Below, piece after piece: positions 37,005 to 38,653 of a stretch of 38,653 bases of DNA. Location of the stretch: NCBI RefSeq assembly GCF_006345805.1, contig NW_021828063.1, positions 1 through 38,653 of the forward strand, given 5' to 3'. This DNA comes from Octopus sinensis. Its lineage: Eukaryota. The notes under the pieces are model-generated. The model was not told the DNA's origin and searched no databases. It saw only the letters and a program-made list of their open reading frames with translations. Every line of letters starts with the position of its first letter. The stretch's first letter is position 1. A program made the position numbers and the translations under genes.

Positions 37005-37055
37005 TGAATCGAACATTTGAAGACAAGGAAATGAAGACACTGGCTGAACCTGTTG
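37005..37055 (+). CDS. Micro-exon copy 5 (V-NRTFEDKEMKTLAEPV-G), TQT anchor changed to MKT
   Basis: Splice sites intact, phase 1-1, five substitutions relative to copy 4. Confidence 0.75.
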
Positions 37056-37359
37056 GTGAGTATAAAATAACAGCACTTGATTGATTCCTGTAAGGTTTAT
37101 CTTCTGCTTATTTTGATATCAGAATGATAAAGATCAGCTTCCATTCTTACCTGTCAATGGGAAGTTTTAGCATTAAACTAATCATATTAAACATATCGAT
37201 ACTATTGACATTTAATAAAGTATCCAATCAGGTTAGCATGGTTGGTGAAATGGATAAATTAGAAGCAAAATAGATTTCAGGTTCTCTTTTGGAACAGTCA
37301 AATAATATATGTTGTGGTTTAACAGGTGAAGTAATGACAAAGGTTTTGTTTGTTTTATA

Positions 37360-37738
37360 CTCTTTTACTCGGTTCAGTCATTGACTGTCACCATGCTCCA
37401 CCTGCTGGAGCCCCACCTTTTTAGTCGACCAATTGACCCTAGACTTATTCTTTGTATGCCTAGTACTTATTCTATCTGTCTCTTTAGCCAAACTGCTATG
37501 GTACGGGGACGGAAACACACCAGCACCGGTTGTCAAGCAATGTTGGGAGGACAAACACATACACACATACATACATACATACATATATACATACATACAT
37601 ACAACATACATACGACGGGCTTTGGTTGGCTCGAGGCTATAGTAGAAGACTCTTGCCCAAGGTGCCACACAGTGGGACTGAACCCAGAACCATCAAGTTC
37701 GTAAGCAAGATACTTGCCACACAGTCACTCCTACGCCT
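37360..37738 (-). mobile_element. SINE in unit C
   Basis: Same insertion site and same internal deletion as in unit B. Confidence 0.88.
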
Positions 37739-38653
37739 GTATTTTAAAAATGTTTACTGACAAGATATTCTTGTTATTTTACCTGATGTCTCTCATAATC
37801 TGGCAGACTTACAACGAAACGGGTTCCAAATATGACCACCCTCTTATTTTTCACTGATAATAAATCTATCATTGCATCCAGTAAACATTGTCTTTATTCA
37901 AGTGGAAGACGTTGGTTTGCTGCTCAGAAAACCGTTGTCTCTTTCCCTTTCTTCAAACTTCATAGAGGCTGTATGATACAATACAATCAAATACATTCAA
38001 AGAGACATCGGACGGGTTGAAAGGAGGATAGTGACACACCTAGATAAAAGCTCCTTAAGAACCCTTCTGATGGTACTAGATTTTTTGCCGATGTTAAGTG
38101 GGGAGATTATAATGCACTAAAGATGAAGTGAACAAGAATATACGGGACATATACAAGATCCAAGCGAAGTCAACTTTACCTGCTCATGTTTGGATTGAAA
38201 TGTCCATGAAACCAGTAATCAATATTTCAGCTTTGCGATTTCAGCAAGAAACAAGTATAAACTTAGTGAAGAAGGCAAGAACGGAGATTGCAACGGGAGG
38301 TGATGTGTACCATAGAACGTGTACAAATGTTTGCCCAGGTGTTATAAGCATTATTACTATTTAGGGAGTTGTGGGATAAAGTGGACTGATTGATGAATGG
38401 TGCAAGACAAAAGGATTTTATTCATCAAAGTAAGTTTGCAGAACTAAGTGACCAATTGAAGCCAATTTCAATCTTGACTGGCAAGATTTACATTGGTGTA
38501 CTTGCCATGAAATCAGCTACATGTCAGCAAAATAATGGTTATATGACAGAAATATCCAGAACTAGAATCCGGAGAATGTCTGTGTGTGTGAACATGTATT
38601 TTAAATCTGGATACCATATAAAAAGCAAAGAAGAATAAAAGGGATTCGGATGT

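Larger units (their letters stand above)
554..37055 (+). other. Multi-exon gene, 5' end outside the window: Mind bomb-like ankyrin-repeat/RING E3 ubiquitin ligase with a tandem micro-exon tail
   Basis: Exons from 7838 to 25168 chain with canonical AG/GT sites and matching phases (0-2, 2-0, 0-0, 0-2, 2-1), followed by phase 1-1 micro-exons. VARYLASQGADFHHKNNKNNTPLDLIKDPNLRKKL and CLWC..PCGH..C..C..CLKCLKPVTSRGRV resemble the last ankyrin repeat and first RING of MIB1 (recalled as [35 protein letters not shown] and PCGH...KKCLICKEQVQSRTKI). Confidence 0.85.
32000..38148 (+). repeat. Young tandem triplication of a 2.1-2.4-kb unit (micro-exon + SINE + intron): unit A ~32000-34165, B ~34166-36560, C ~36561-38148 (partial)
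   Basis: Long near-identical blocks with exon spacings of 2124 and 2398 bp. Unit A lacks ~280 bp present at 36279-36558. Older homologous units lie at ~25250-27100 and ~27550-29030. Confidence 0.93.

Noticed and set aside
32555-38020. Recurrent short ORFs in the tandem units (MIDFCKVY..., MKRVPNMTT..., 34895-35371 and similar)
   Set aside because: They recur only because the unit is duplicated, overlap intron, SINE or microsatellite sequence, and show no protein motif; the true coding piece is the 51-nt exon in another frame.
32000-38148. CRISPR-like or prokaryotic repeat system
   Set aside because: The units are kb-scale eukaryotic segmental duplications with spliceosomal sites; there is no repeat-spacer pattern and no cas genes.
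38128-38638. Two ~80-aa ORFs after the unit C breakpoint
   Set aside because: No recognisable domain and truncated by the window edge; possibly another repeat, but it cannot be supported.
25169-38653. Second or third RING exon expected for Mind bomb
   Set aside because: No CxxC...PCGH pattern with splice sites was found by eye; it may lie beyond the window.

Overview
Eukaryotic, AT-rich, microsatellite-dense genomic DNA. The tRNA-derived SINEs look like octopus families, so the source is probably a coleoid cephalopod (Octopus; inferred, not verified). The window is the 3' part of one + strand multi-exon gene whose 5' end lies upstream. Six ankyrin exons (554-708, 3815-3967, 7838-7992, 14470-14506, 17582-17791, 19420-19595) and one C3HC4 RING exon (25029-25168) closely resemble the C-terminal half of Mind bomb (MIB1/MIB2) E3 ligases. 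Where Mind bomb has further RINGs, this gene has five tandemly duplicated phase-1/phase-1 micro-exons (26282, 28031, 32483, 34607, 37005). They encode dynein light chain LC8/DYNLL-type anchors: DKGVQTD, KETQT twice, one copy killed by a stop plus donor loss, and one mutated to KEMKT. This suggests a splice-tunable multivalent LC8-binding tail built by exon duplication. The introns hold two multi-kb (GAT/GAG)n arrays with higher-order repeats. The second array sits between 61-bp direct repeats and starts with an inverted 50-bp copy of a downstream site. The introns also contain SINEs, a MITE with an 8-bp TSD, CR1 and RTE LINE fragments, a Penelope-like remnant and a Sola-like transposase fossil. 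The first two exons carry frameshifts at homopolymer runs (assembly error or pseudogenisation). All alignments and counts were done by eye.
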